This document shows, one piece after another, positions 30,256 to 37,724 of a stretch of DNA of 64,000 nt. The notes under the pieces are model-generated. The model was not told the DNA's origin. It saw only the letters and a list, made by a program, of their open reading frames with translations, and did no database searches. Source of the DNA: a virus (lineage: Duplodnaviria; Caudoviricetes). The stretch lies in the IMG/VR virus record IMGVR_UViG_3300022752_000014. The stretch is one strand, 5' to 3'. Each line of letters opens with the position of its first letter. Position 1 is the stretch's first letter. The position numbers and the translations under genes are program-made.

Positions 30256-30267
30256 AGGAGACAATAA

Positions 30268-32505
30268 ATGCCAGCAGGAGACGTATTTGGACTTGATGGG
30301 ATTTTTCTAAACAAATCAAATCCTATTACGGTTTCTTCTATAGGAATCAATTCCACTGCTTCTGGTGCTGGCATTGCTGTTACTGGTGGTATTTTAGATA
30401 CAGTTGCGGGTATTGCGACTCTTACTCTTTCAAGTGCTGCTGGTCTTTCTACAACACCTTTTTATACTGGTGCGAAGATTGCAGTTGCAGGTCTTGGTGA
30501 TACTACTGGTGTAGCATATACTGGATATAATGGAGTTTTTGTAGTCACAGGATTTGCAGGAACTACAACAGTTTCTTATGCAACTACTGGTTATGTTGGC
30601 AGTGTAACTGCTGGCATTACCACAACTGGTTTGGTAATGTTAGTTACTGATACACAAGTCACCAATACCACTTGGAGTAATGCTCAAACTCACGGTTGGT
30701 TTGGTGGTGGACAATCTCCATCAGGTGTATCAAGAATAGACCGTATAGATTTCTCTAATGATTCTATAACAGCATCTGTTAGGGGACCATTAAGTTCCGT
30801 AAGATATAATTTGGGAGCAACAGGAAACTCTAATTATGGTTGGTTTGGTGGTGGTTTTATATTATCAACAGTAGGTCGTATAGATTTCTCTAATGATTCT
30901 GCAACAACATCAGTTAGAGGACCATTAAGTTTAGCAAGAATATCTCCAACAGCAACAGGAAACTCTAATTATGGATGGTTTGGTGGTGGTAATTTAGGGT
31001 CTCCAGCTGCTTTTGCTGCAGTATCAACAGTAGACCGTATAGATTTCTCCAATGATTCCTCAACAACATCAGCAAGAGGTCCATTAAGTCAATCAAAACA
31101 AGCAACGGCAGCAGCAGCAAACTCTAACTATGGTTGGTTTGGTGGTGGTACTATCCCTGGGTCGCCATTAACAATATATTCAACAGTAGACCGTATAGAT
31201 TTCTCCAATGATTCTAGAACAGCATCACCAAGAGGACCATTAAGTTCCACAAGAAGAAATTTTTCAGCAACAGGAAACTCTAATTATGGTTGGTTTAGCG
31301 GTAGTAGTATATCAACAGTAGACCGTATAGATTTTTCAAATGATTCCACAACAACATCAGTTAGAGGTCCATTAAGTTTAGCAAGAACAGGTTCGGCATC
31401 AACAGGAAACTCTAACTATGGTTGGTGGGGAGGTAATTATATTTTTCCGGCAACATATAACTCGACAGTGGACCGTATAGATTTTTCCAATGATTCTGTA
31501 ACAGCATCAGTTAGAGGACCATTAAGTGCAGCAAGAGGATATTTAGCAGCAACATCAGGACAGGCAAGATCTTCAAGCACTCGTCTACAAAAAGCAGGGA
31601 ATTATGGTTGGTTTGGTGGTGGTATAAACCAAGTTCCATTTCCAATAGTATGGGTATCAAGAGTAGACCGTATTGATTTCTCAAATGATTCTATAACAGC
31701 ATCTCCAAGAGGCGTACTTTCTTCATCACTTGCGGAAAGTGCAGCAACAGGAAACTCTAACTATGGTTGGTTTGGTGGTGGTTCAACTCCAACATCAGTA
31801 TCAAGAGTAGACCGTATAGATTTCTCGAATGATTCTTCCACGGCATCAGTTAGAGGTCCATTAAGTTTAGCAAGATTTGATTTAGCAGCAACAGGAAACT
31901 CTAATTATGGTTGGTTTGGTGGTGGTTTTATTCCTAGTTCAACGAGACTATCAAGAGTAGACCGTATAAATTTTGCAAATGATTCCGCAACAGCATCAGT
32001 TAGAGGTCCATTAAGTTTAGAAAGGTTTCATTTAGCAGCAACAGGAAACTCTAATTATGGTTGGTTTGGTGGTGGTTATAATCCTGCTCTTGGTGGATAT
32101 CCAAATAACATTATATCAACAGTAGACCGTATTGATTTCTCTAATGATTCTTCCACGGCATCACCAAGAGGTCCATTATCTTCTAGTAGGTATGGTTTAG
32201 CTGCAACAGGAAACTCTAACTATGGATGGTTTGGTGGATATTCTGCTTCATCTAGAATAGACCGTATTGATTTCTCGAATGATTCTACAACAGCATCACC
32301 AAGAGGTGTATTATCTTCAACTAGAAGATATGTGGCAGCAACAGGAAACTCTAACTATGGTTGGTGGGGTGGTGGTAATCCTGCACCTTATTCTACGGTA
32401 GATCGTATTAATTTTTCCAATGATACTGGAACAGCATCTCCAAGAGGAGTATTGGGTTTAGCAAGACCTTATATAGCAGCAACCTCCAACACACCAATAG
32501 GATAA
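30268..32505 (+). CDS. Kelch-like double beta-propeller protein 3 (12 repeats) with an extra N-terminal beta domain
   Basis: About 140 aa N-terminal extension, then 12 repeats; ends ATSNTPIG. Confidence 0.75.
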   Translation: MPAGDVFGLDGIFLNKSNPITVSSIGINSTASGAGIAVTGGILDTVAGIATLTLSSAAGLSTTPFYTGAKIAVAGLGDTTGVAYTGYNGVFVVTGFAGTTTVSYATTGYVGSVTAGITTTGLVMLVTDTQVTNTTWSNAQTHGWFGGGQSPSGVSRIDRIDFSNDSITASVRGPLSSVRYNLGATGNSNYGWFGGGFILSTVGRIDFSNDSATTSVRGPLSLARISPTATGNSNYGWFGGGNLGSPAAFAAVSTVDRIDFSNDSSTTSARGPLSQSKQATAAAANSNYGWFGGGTIPGSPLTIYSTVDRIDFSNDSRTASPRGPLSSTRRNFSATGNSNYGWFSGSSISTVDRIDFSNDSTTTSVRGPLSLARTGSASTGNSNYGWWGGNYIFPATYNSTVDRIDFSNDSVTASVRGPLSAARGYLAATSGQARSSSTRLQKAGNYGWFGGGINQVPFPIVWVSRVDRIDFSNDSITASPRGVLSSSLAESAATGNSNYGWFGGGSTPTSVSRVDRIDFSNDSSTASVRGPLSLARFDLAATGNSNYGWFGGGFIPSSTRLSRVDRINFANDSATASVRGPLSLERFHLAATGNSNYGWFGGGYNPALGGYPNNIISTVDRIDFSNDSSTASPRGPLSSSRYGLAATGNSNYGWFGGYSASSRIDRIDFSNDSTTASPRGVLSSTRRYVAATGNSNYGWWGGGNPAPYSTVDRINFSNDTGTASPRGVLGLARPYIAATSNTPIG

Positions 32506-32529
32506 ATACCTCCAACTACATTATTAGTA

Positions 32530-33180
32530 ATGAATTTATTATCCAAAGTTTTGATTGCACCAAAAGTCATCAGTCAAGAAGGTATTGATGCACTGGTTCA
32601 TCATATGAAAACTTCAAAAACAGAAGACCTTTCAGTATTCGACCCAGATAAATCCAATCAGACAAGATCTACTGAATGGATTACCGATAAGAAAACAAGA
32701 GATACCCAGATTGCTCCAATTGAACCTGTATTTCCACAGGTCAATGAATTGATGCATCATATTGTAAAGCAAGTCATCAATCCTTTTTATCAGTTTGAAG
32801 TGGATAGTAGTGAAGTTCCACAACTACTTTGTTATGGTGTAGGAGGTCATTACCAACCTCATATTGATGGTGAAGGTATATGGACTGCACCAGACCAAAC
32901 ACAAATTTGGAGAAAGACAGTAGACCGTGATTTGTCGATGGTCTTATATCTCAACAATGAGTTTGGAGGTGGTGATTTTGTATTTCCAGACCTTCATATT
33001 CGTGTTCGTCCTGAGCCTGGTCTTTTAGTATGCTTTCCTTCTAACAGATATTATAGACACGGAGTAGAACCAGTCACCAAAGGAAACAGATATTCTATGG
33101 TGACTTGGATGACTGTAAAAGGATTTGAGAGTATGGAAACTCAATCTAATAATCTCAAATCTAAATATGGTGTATGCTAA
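32530..33180 (+). CDS. 2OG-Fe(II) oxygenase (prolyl-4-hydroxylase-like)
   Basis: QLLCY..GGHYQPHID (HxD), LSMVLYLN..FGGG, YRHGV (His), GNRYSMVTW. Confidence 0.85.
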   Translation: MNLLSKVLIAPKVISQEGIDALVHHMKTSKTEDLSVFDPDKSNQTRSTEWITDKKTRDTQIAPIEPVFPQVNELMHHIVKQVINPFYQFEVDSSEVPQLLCYGVGGHYQPHIDGEGIWTAPDQTQIWRKTVDRDLSMVLYLNNEFGGGDFVFPDLHIRVRPEPGLLVCFPSNRYYRHGVEPVTKGNRYSMVTWMTVKGFESMETQSNNLKSKYGVC

Positions 33181-33186
33181 AGAAAA

Positions 33187-33564
33187 ATGATTACTTATAC
33201 TTGGAGTATTTCTAGATTAGACTGTGCTCCATCAGAAAATGGATTATCCAATGTAGTTAAAATGATTTATTGGGGACTTACAGGAACAGATGAGAATGGA
33301 ATAACTGCATCTTTCAATAGCTCTTACCCTCTTCCATCACCAAGTCCAGAAGAATTTACTGATTATTCAACTCTAACCAAAGAAACTGTGATTCGTTGGT
33401 TGGAAAGTAATCTTATTGGTGTTGAAAATTTACAAACAGCACTTGCAAATAAGATTGCGAGTAAGTACAATCCTCCTATTATTCCATTACCTCTTCCTTG
33501 GGCAGTGGTAGAAGAACCTATAGTAACTGAAGAACCAGCAACTAAAACACTTGACGACCAATAA
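33187..33564 (+). CDS. Small fibre-associated protein (DUF7936-like)
   Basis: MITYTWSI..LD...VV..IYW...G..., FTDYSTLTKETVIRWL. Confidence 0.55.
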   Translation: MITYTWSISRLDCAPSENGLSNVVKMIYWGLTGTDENGITASFNSSYPLPSPSPEEFTDYSTLTKETVIRWLESNLIGVENLQTALANKIASKYNPPIIPLPLPWAVVEEPIVTEEPATKTLDDQ

Positions 33565-33579
33565 GTCTTGTGATATGAT
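33551..33579 (+). promoter_or_regulatory. Sigma70-type promoter with extended -10
   Basis: TTGACG (33551-56), 17 nt spacer, TATGAT (33574-79), preceded by TG. Confidence 0.65.
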
Positions 33580-33583
33580 AATA

Positions 33584-33665
33584 AGGTCTTCAACATCCTT
33601 GTATCTTTGTAAATCAAGACCTATTCTGGTGGTATAATAAGAGGAGATTTCTCTCCTCTTTTTTC
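33584..33665 (+). ncRNA. Candidate small RNA (about 80 nt) between a promoter and a terminator
   Basis: No ORF; 7-bp stem AGGTCTT/AAGACCT (33584-90/33616-22) followed by a 9-bp terminator stem. Confidence 0.4.
33639..33665 (+). terminator. Rho-independent terminator
   Basis: AAGAGGAGA-tttc-TCTCCTCTT followed by a T run. Confidence 0.85.
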
Positions 33666-33696
33666 TTATATAAATTACTTTAGATATTAAACAATT

Positions 33697-33945
33697 ATGA
33701 ATTTTGTCGTTTATTCCAAAGAAAATTGTCCTTACTGTCATAAAATTAAAACTGTATTAGAATTGACAGGAAGCGACTTTGTGGTGTATAATCTTAACGA
33801 ACACTTTACCAAAGATCAGTTTTATGCCGAGTTTGGTGAAGATTCTACATTTCCTCAAGTTATGTATGGTTCCAAGAAACTTGGTGGATGTGCTGATACA
33901 GTTAAGTTCCTGAAGGAGCAGAAAATGGCACAATGTCAAACCTAA
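33697..33945 (+). CDS. nrdC: Glutaredoxin
   Basis: CPYC active site, TFPQV, LGGCAD. Confidence 0.9.
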   Translation: MNFVVYSKENCPYCHKIKTVLELTGSDFVVYNLNEHFTKDQFYAEFGEDSTFPQVMYGSKKLGGCADTVKFLKEQKMAQCQT

Positions 33946-34109
33946 ATAAAGATATCACACCAAATCGTGGTGTCGAACTTATGCTCTCAGGGGGAAAAAC
34001 AAAGAAACCAAAATTATTTCATATCATATTTGAAAAACTGATTTGCATTCTTAAAAGAGAAATCACAATCTATTTTGAATTTTCAATTCAGTCAAGGAAA
34101 GTAAATTAA
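33933..34109 (+). CDS. Small conserved cyanophage-type protein (58 aa), not in the ORF track
   Basis: MSNLNKDITPNRGVELML...IYFEFSIQSRKVN*, translated by hand. Confidence 0.5.
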   Translation: MSNLNKDITPNRGVELMLSGGKTKKPKLFHIIFEKLICILKREITIYFEFSIQSRKVN

Positions 34110-34127
34110 CTTCCCAGGAGAAAAAAA

Positions 34128-34358
34128 ATGTTGGCAGCCAGTATAGTCATCGGTTCGTTTGTAACCATCCTTTTTTTCATTGTTGGTCTCGTAACCGGTT
34201 GGGTTGCCAGAGAATATATGATGAACTATCGTGAAATTCCTAAATTACATCCAGAGTGCTATGATGAGCACGGGAATATTATTCCTGATGAAGTAGTTGC
34301 AGTAAGTTTCCAAGAAGGTTTCTTTAATGATGATGACGAAGATTACGATGAAGATTAA
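34128..34358 (+). CDS. Small membrane protein
   Basis: N-terminal hydrophobic helix, LHPECYDEHGNIIPDE, acidic tail; CAGGAG RBS. Confidence 0.7.
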   Translation: MLAASIVIGSFVTILFFIVGLVTGWVAREYMMNYREIPKLHPECYDEHGNIIPDEVVAVSFQEGFFNDDDEDYDED

Positions 34359-34398
34359 TAATAAATAAAACTACAATTATAATTACACATTAACAATT

Positions 34399-34968
34399 AT
34401 GACTGCGACAAAGACAAAACCAAAAACCATTACAAATATTGAATTACCTGCAAATCCGTTTGCATTTGAGGTTCTAAATCTTGTAAATGGGCAAAGAACA
34501 AATCTCAAGAAAGTTGAGGTTCTACAGAAATATAAAGATCCATCACTACTTTCAATTCTTATCTGGAACTTTGATGAAAGTTTAACATCATATCTTCCAG
34601 AAGGAATTGTTCCTTATTCTAGTGTTGGAGAACAGGGTTCATTTACCGGAACACTCACCGGAAAAATTGATGATGCCGTGAGTAAGATGAGTGAACTTGG
34701 ATCAAATTCTTTGGGATCACAAGATCAGGGGTTCTCTACCATTCGTAAGGAATACTCCAAGTTTTATAATTTTATAAAGGGTGGTAATGACGGATTGAGT
34801 TCTATGCGTCGTGAAACGATGTTTATTAACATTCTTCAAGGTCTTCATCCATTAGAGGCAGAGATTTTATGTTTGGTAAAGGACAAGAAACTTGAAACAA
34901 AATATAAAATCACAAAGGAAATTGTTTCCCAGGCATATCCAGAAATTAAGTGGGGTGGTCGTTCGTGA
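34399..34968 (+). CDS. Conserved cyanomyovirus hypothetical protein (DUF6433-like)
   Basis: RRETMFINILQGLHPLEAEIL..VKDKKL motif. Confidence 0.7.
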   Translation: MTATKTKPKTITNIELPANPFAFEVLNLVNGQRTNLKKVEVLQKYKDPSLLSILIWNFDESLTSYLPEGIVPYSSVGEQGSFTGTLTGKIDDAVSKMSELGSNSLGSQDQGFSTIRKEYSKFYNFIKGGNDGLSSMRRETMFINILQGLHPLEAEILCLVKDKKLETKYKITKEIVSQAYPEIKWGGRS

Positions 34969-35318
34969 GTCGAGTTGTAAAAATGCCAAATGAAAAAGAA
35001 AAGGAAAAATCTGTGGATAATTGGTCTTCTGTAGATAGGGAACAATCTAAATCAAAATATAGTTGTGAAATTATTATTGAGAATGGATCTTATGCCGAAG
35101 TTTCCACCAAGAAATGTCCAAGTGATGCACATATTATAGAATATATTGTAAATGAAAAGGTTTGTTATGATCTCACAAGAGGCTTAAGAACAAAATTATT
35201 TGATATGTATTATGATAAGTTTGGTCCTAATGTAATTCGAAAGATTGATTGGGGATTTGGGACAATTTCTCCAAGAGTCTGGGGACATGTAGTTCCTGAA
35301 AAAAAGAAAAGAAGATAA
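34965..35318 (+). CDS. Hypothetical protein
   Basis: Probable GTG start overlapping the upstream TGA; FDMYYDKFG...WGFGTISP..W motif. Confidence 0.6.
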   Translation: MSRVVKMPNEKEKEKSVDNWSSVDREQSKSKYSCEIIIENGSYAEVSTKKCPSDAHIIEYIVNEKVCYDLTRGLRTKLFDMYYDKFGPNVIRKIDWGFGTISPRVWGHVVPEKKKRR

Positions 35319-35346
35319 ACTTTTGTGTTGATATCCTAACAAATCA

Positions 35347-35354
35347 TATAAATA
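35347..35354 (+). promoter_or_regulatory. T4-type late promoter
   Basis: Exact TATAAATA, followed by an AGGAGG RBS. Confidence 0.7.
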
Positions 35355-35386
35355 AAAATGTAATATAGATTTTTTAGGAGGATTTT

Positions 35387-35545
35387 ATGAACAATCTAAT
35401 TTCTTATAATCAGTTAAATGGATGGAAACACATAACCGAACCTAGTGAGCAAAATGATTTGGTAGATGATTATTTCAATTGTTTAATTGAGTGTGATGAC
35501 GATACGCAGTCGTGTAAAAGAATATGTAAACACATTTTAGTTTAA
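35387..35545 (+). CDS. 52-aa protein with a CX3C-X6-CX3C motif, not in the ORF track
   Basis: MNNLISYNQL...DDYFNCLIECDDDTQSCKRICKHILV*; AGGAGG RBS; own promoter and terminator. Confidence 0.75.
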   Translation: MNNLISYNQLNGWKHITEPSEQNDLVDDYFNCLIECDDDTQSCKRICKHILV

Positions 35546-35553
35546 TAAAATCT

Positions 35554-35580
35554 GAGGGGGGGTTGATTCCCCTCTTTTTT
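35554..35580 (+). terminator. Rho-independent terminator overlapping a probable early promoter
   Basis: GAGGGG...CCCCTC plus T run; TGCTATAAT follows at 35582-90. Confidence 0.7.
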
Positions 35581-35613
35581 GTGCTATAATAAAAAGGAAA
35601 ACAACTAAAACCT

Positions 35614-35781
35614 ATGAATAGAGATAAACTCAAACTCATAATTAAAAACCTTGAACTTTTAACAGAAACACTCAAAGCAGAAGTGTATTCTAATCCGGGA
35701 GCTTATGATTATAGTAATTCTTCATCACGTATTGGTGATGTGGACGACTATGACGAAGTTTTTGAAGATGAAGAAGACTAA
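35614..35781 (+). CDS. Small acidic hypothetical protein (55 aa), not in the ORF track
   Basis: MNRDKLKLIIKNLELL..LKAEVYS...DDYDEVFEDEED*. Confidence 0.65.
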   Translation: MNRDKLKLIIKNLELLTETLKAEVYSNPGAYDYSNSSSRIGDVDDYDEVFEDEED

Positions 35782-35954
35782 TGAGATATAAAGAAACTAT
35801 TCGTCTAGTAAAAAAAGCATTGGATAATCCAAGTCTTTATAGTGCAGAGGAGATTATCTATATGAAAAAGGCACTTGATAATGCGATTCTTTCACTTGCC
35901 CGTAAAAAATATAACAAAAAGAAAAAAGGATTTGGTAATTATGAAACCAATTAA
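35781..35954 (+). CDS. Small basic hypothetical protein (57 aa), not in the ORF track
   Basis: TAATG coupling; MRYKETIRLVKKALDNP.LY...KKGFG. Confidence 0.6.
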   Translation: MRYKETIRLVKKALDNPSLYSAEEIIYMKKALDNAILSLARKKYNKKKKGFGNYETN

Positions 35955-36693
35955 AGCAAAAGATCTTCTTGAACTGGATAAAAATCTGCAAGTGGTAATG
36001 CTTCAATGTTATCCACTTCCAGAGCAAGTCATTTATCAAGCAGGAAAGTGTGACTATTGTGAAACTCCAATTCACGAGCAGGATATTCCTTCTAACTATA
36101 AGTGTGGTGAATGGGTTGTGGAGCGTCTATTAGGCAATGAGAAAGGGCACTGGGGACCGCTAGAGCACCCCGCAATTACTTTTTCGGTGTCTGGGTATGT
36201 CCATAACGTTGCGATGCAGGCAAGGACTCACAGAGTGGGTGTAAGTTTTGATGTTCAGTCTCAACGATACACTGGCAAAAGGGTTATTAAAGTTGCAAGT
36301 GGAGAATTGAAACCAGAAGATGTTTTTTATGTTCGTCCTCCTGGATACTATACCAATCGTTACGGTAAAAAGTATGATTGGACTCAAGAAGATTATGATG
36401 ATGAATTAAACTTCATTCTTGAAGGTTGTAAGCGTTATGCTGTAAAATATGAAAAAGGAATGTGTGAGGAGCACATTAGGGATTATCTTGCACAAGCAAT
36501 TCGTCAGAACTTTGTGGTTTCTTTTAACCTTCGCTCTGTTCTTCACATTATGGATCTGCGAGCAAAGATGGATTCCCAATTAGAAATTCAAGCACTTTGC
36601 GAACAATTTGCTCCTCTTCTTCAAAAATGGTCTCCAAATGTTTGGAAGTATTATGAAGAGAAACGTCTTCATAAGGCACGTTTAAGTCCCTAA
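35941..36693 (+). CDS. thyX: Flavin-dependent thymidylate synthase
   Basis: GHWGPLEH, ARTHRVGVSFDVQSQRY, NLRSVLH..DLR, Q.EIQ. Likely start is ATG 35941, in frame with the track ORF at 35875. Confidence 0.9.
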   Translation: MKPIKAKDLLELDKNLQVVMLQCYPLPEQVIYQAGKCDYCETPIHEQDIPSNYKCGEWVVERLLGNEKGHWGPLEHPAITFSVSGYVHNVAMQARTHRVGVSFDVQSQRYTGKRVIKVASGELKPEDVFYVRPPGYYTNRYGKKYDWTQEDYDDELNFILEGCKRYAVKYEKGMCEEHIRDYLAQAIRQNFVVSFNLRSVLHIMDLRAKMDSQLEIQALCEQFAPLLQKWSPNVWKYYEEKRLHKARLSP

Positions 36694-36696
36694 TAA

Positions 36697-36704
36697 TATA
36701 AATA
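36697..36704 (+). promoter_or_regulatory. T4-type late promoter for the endonuclease gene
   Basis: Exact TATAAATA between thyX and ATG 36729. Confidence 0.7.
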
Positions 36705-36728
36705 TTGGTAGAGTAAAACTATCACATT

Positions 36729-37439
36729 ATGGTTTCACACTACATTTACAAAATAACTAATACTTTAAACCAAAAAATTTATGTTGGAAAATCTAAAAAT
36801 CCAAAAGTCAGATGGAGACAACATAAATCTCATTCTAAAAAAAGAAACACAAAATTATACTATGCTATGCGAAAATATGGTGTAGAAAATTTCACATTTG
36901 AAATTTTAGAAGAGTGTTTAGAAAGTCGAGTAAATGAAAGAGAAACTTACTATGTTTCTTTTTTGGAACCATATTATAATATGACTAATGGTGGTGATGG
37001 TGGTGGATTTTTGAACAAAAAACATGGAGATAAATGGAAAAATGCAATTAAACAAAGCAATTCTAAAAAAGTTGCTTGTTATGATTTAGATGGAAATTTA
37101 ATTAAAGTATATGAAAGTTGTAGAGATGCTTCCTATGATATTTTTGGTAGAGATTGTAGAGGTATTGATGCTGTAACCAGAGGAGAATATCAAACTTATG
37201 GTGGATATCAGTGGAAAACATTTGATATACAACCAGAATTAAGAATATCGTCATATAAAAGAACATCTCATAATATTAAAAAAATAGCAAAATATGACTT
37301 GAATAATAATTTGGTAGAAATATATGATAGTATGACTATTGCTGCTGAAAAAAATAATGCCTCAACTTCTAAAATAACATTAGTTTGTCAAGGAAAAAGA
37401 AAATTTCACAAAGGATATAATTGGAAATATGTGATATAA
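36729..37439 (+). mobile_element. Free-standing GIY-YIG homing endonuclease with two NUMOD1-like domains
   Basis: YIYKITN...IYVGKS...RWRQH, E, YNMTNGG; two YDL.GN.I..Y.S...A...YKGY.WK repeats. Confidence 0.85.
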
Positions 37440-37473
37440 TGACTCTAAATACCTTTGTATATTATTTTATAAA

Positions 37474-37716
37474 ATGCCCACATATCCTGTTAAACATAAA
37501 GAAACTGGTGAAACAAAAGAACTTTTTATGACTATGCTTGAGTATGAAAAATGGAAAGAAGAAAACCCTAAATGGAATAAAGATTGGAGTCAGGGTTGTG
37601 CTGGAATTGGAGAGGTGGGAGATTGGAGAAATAAACTTACATCCAAACATCCATCTTGGAATGAAGTTTTAGGTAGAGCTCAAAAAATGCCAGGATCCAC
37701 AGTAAAAAAACTCTAA
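37474..37716 (+). CDS. Conserved cyanomyovirus hypothetical protein
   Basis: MPTYPVKHKETGE...W.EVL...PGS.VK. Confidence 0.7.
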   Translation: MPTYPVKHKETGETKELFMTMLEYEKWKEENPKWNKDWSQGCAGIGEVGDWRNKLTSKHPSWNEVLGRAQKMPGSTVKKL

Positions 37717-37724
37717 AAACATAA

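Larger units (their letters stand above)
23373..32505 (+). repeat. 36 coding repeats of about 135-165 nt with near-constant cores and two variable segments each
   Basis: Cores such as gcaacaggaaactctaa(c/t)tatggttggtttggtgg and gtagaccgtatagattt(c/t)tc(t/a)aatgattc recur across three genes. Confidence 0.95.

Noticed and set aside
23373-32505. CRISPR-like alternation of constant repeats and unique spacers
   Set aside because: All spacers keep the reading frame in three long ORFs, the repeats vary at synonymous sites, and no cas genes are present.
23298-32505. Diversity-generating retroelement
   Set aside because: No reverse transcriptase in the window, no non-coding template repeat, and the differences include indels and are not adenine-restricted. 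An RT elsewhere in the genome cannot be excluded.
23298-33180. Multi-core RiPP precursors with tailoring enzymes
   Set aside because: The exact 6+6 repeat count and kelch-like GG/DR.D/R pattern fit folded propellers better, and no protease or transporter is nearby.
35387-35545. CP12
   Set aside because: Lacks the AWD_VEEL core and the C-terminal CxxxPxxxxC pattern.
35941-37439. Group I intron in thyX (T4 td-like)
   Set aside because: thyX is uninterrupted with all motifs, and the endonuclease lies after the stop codon.
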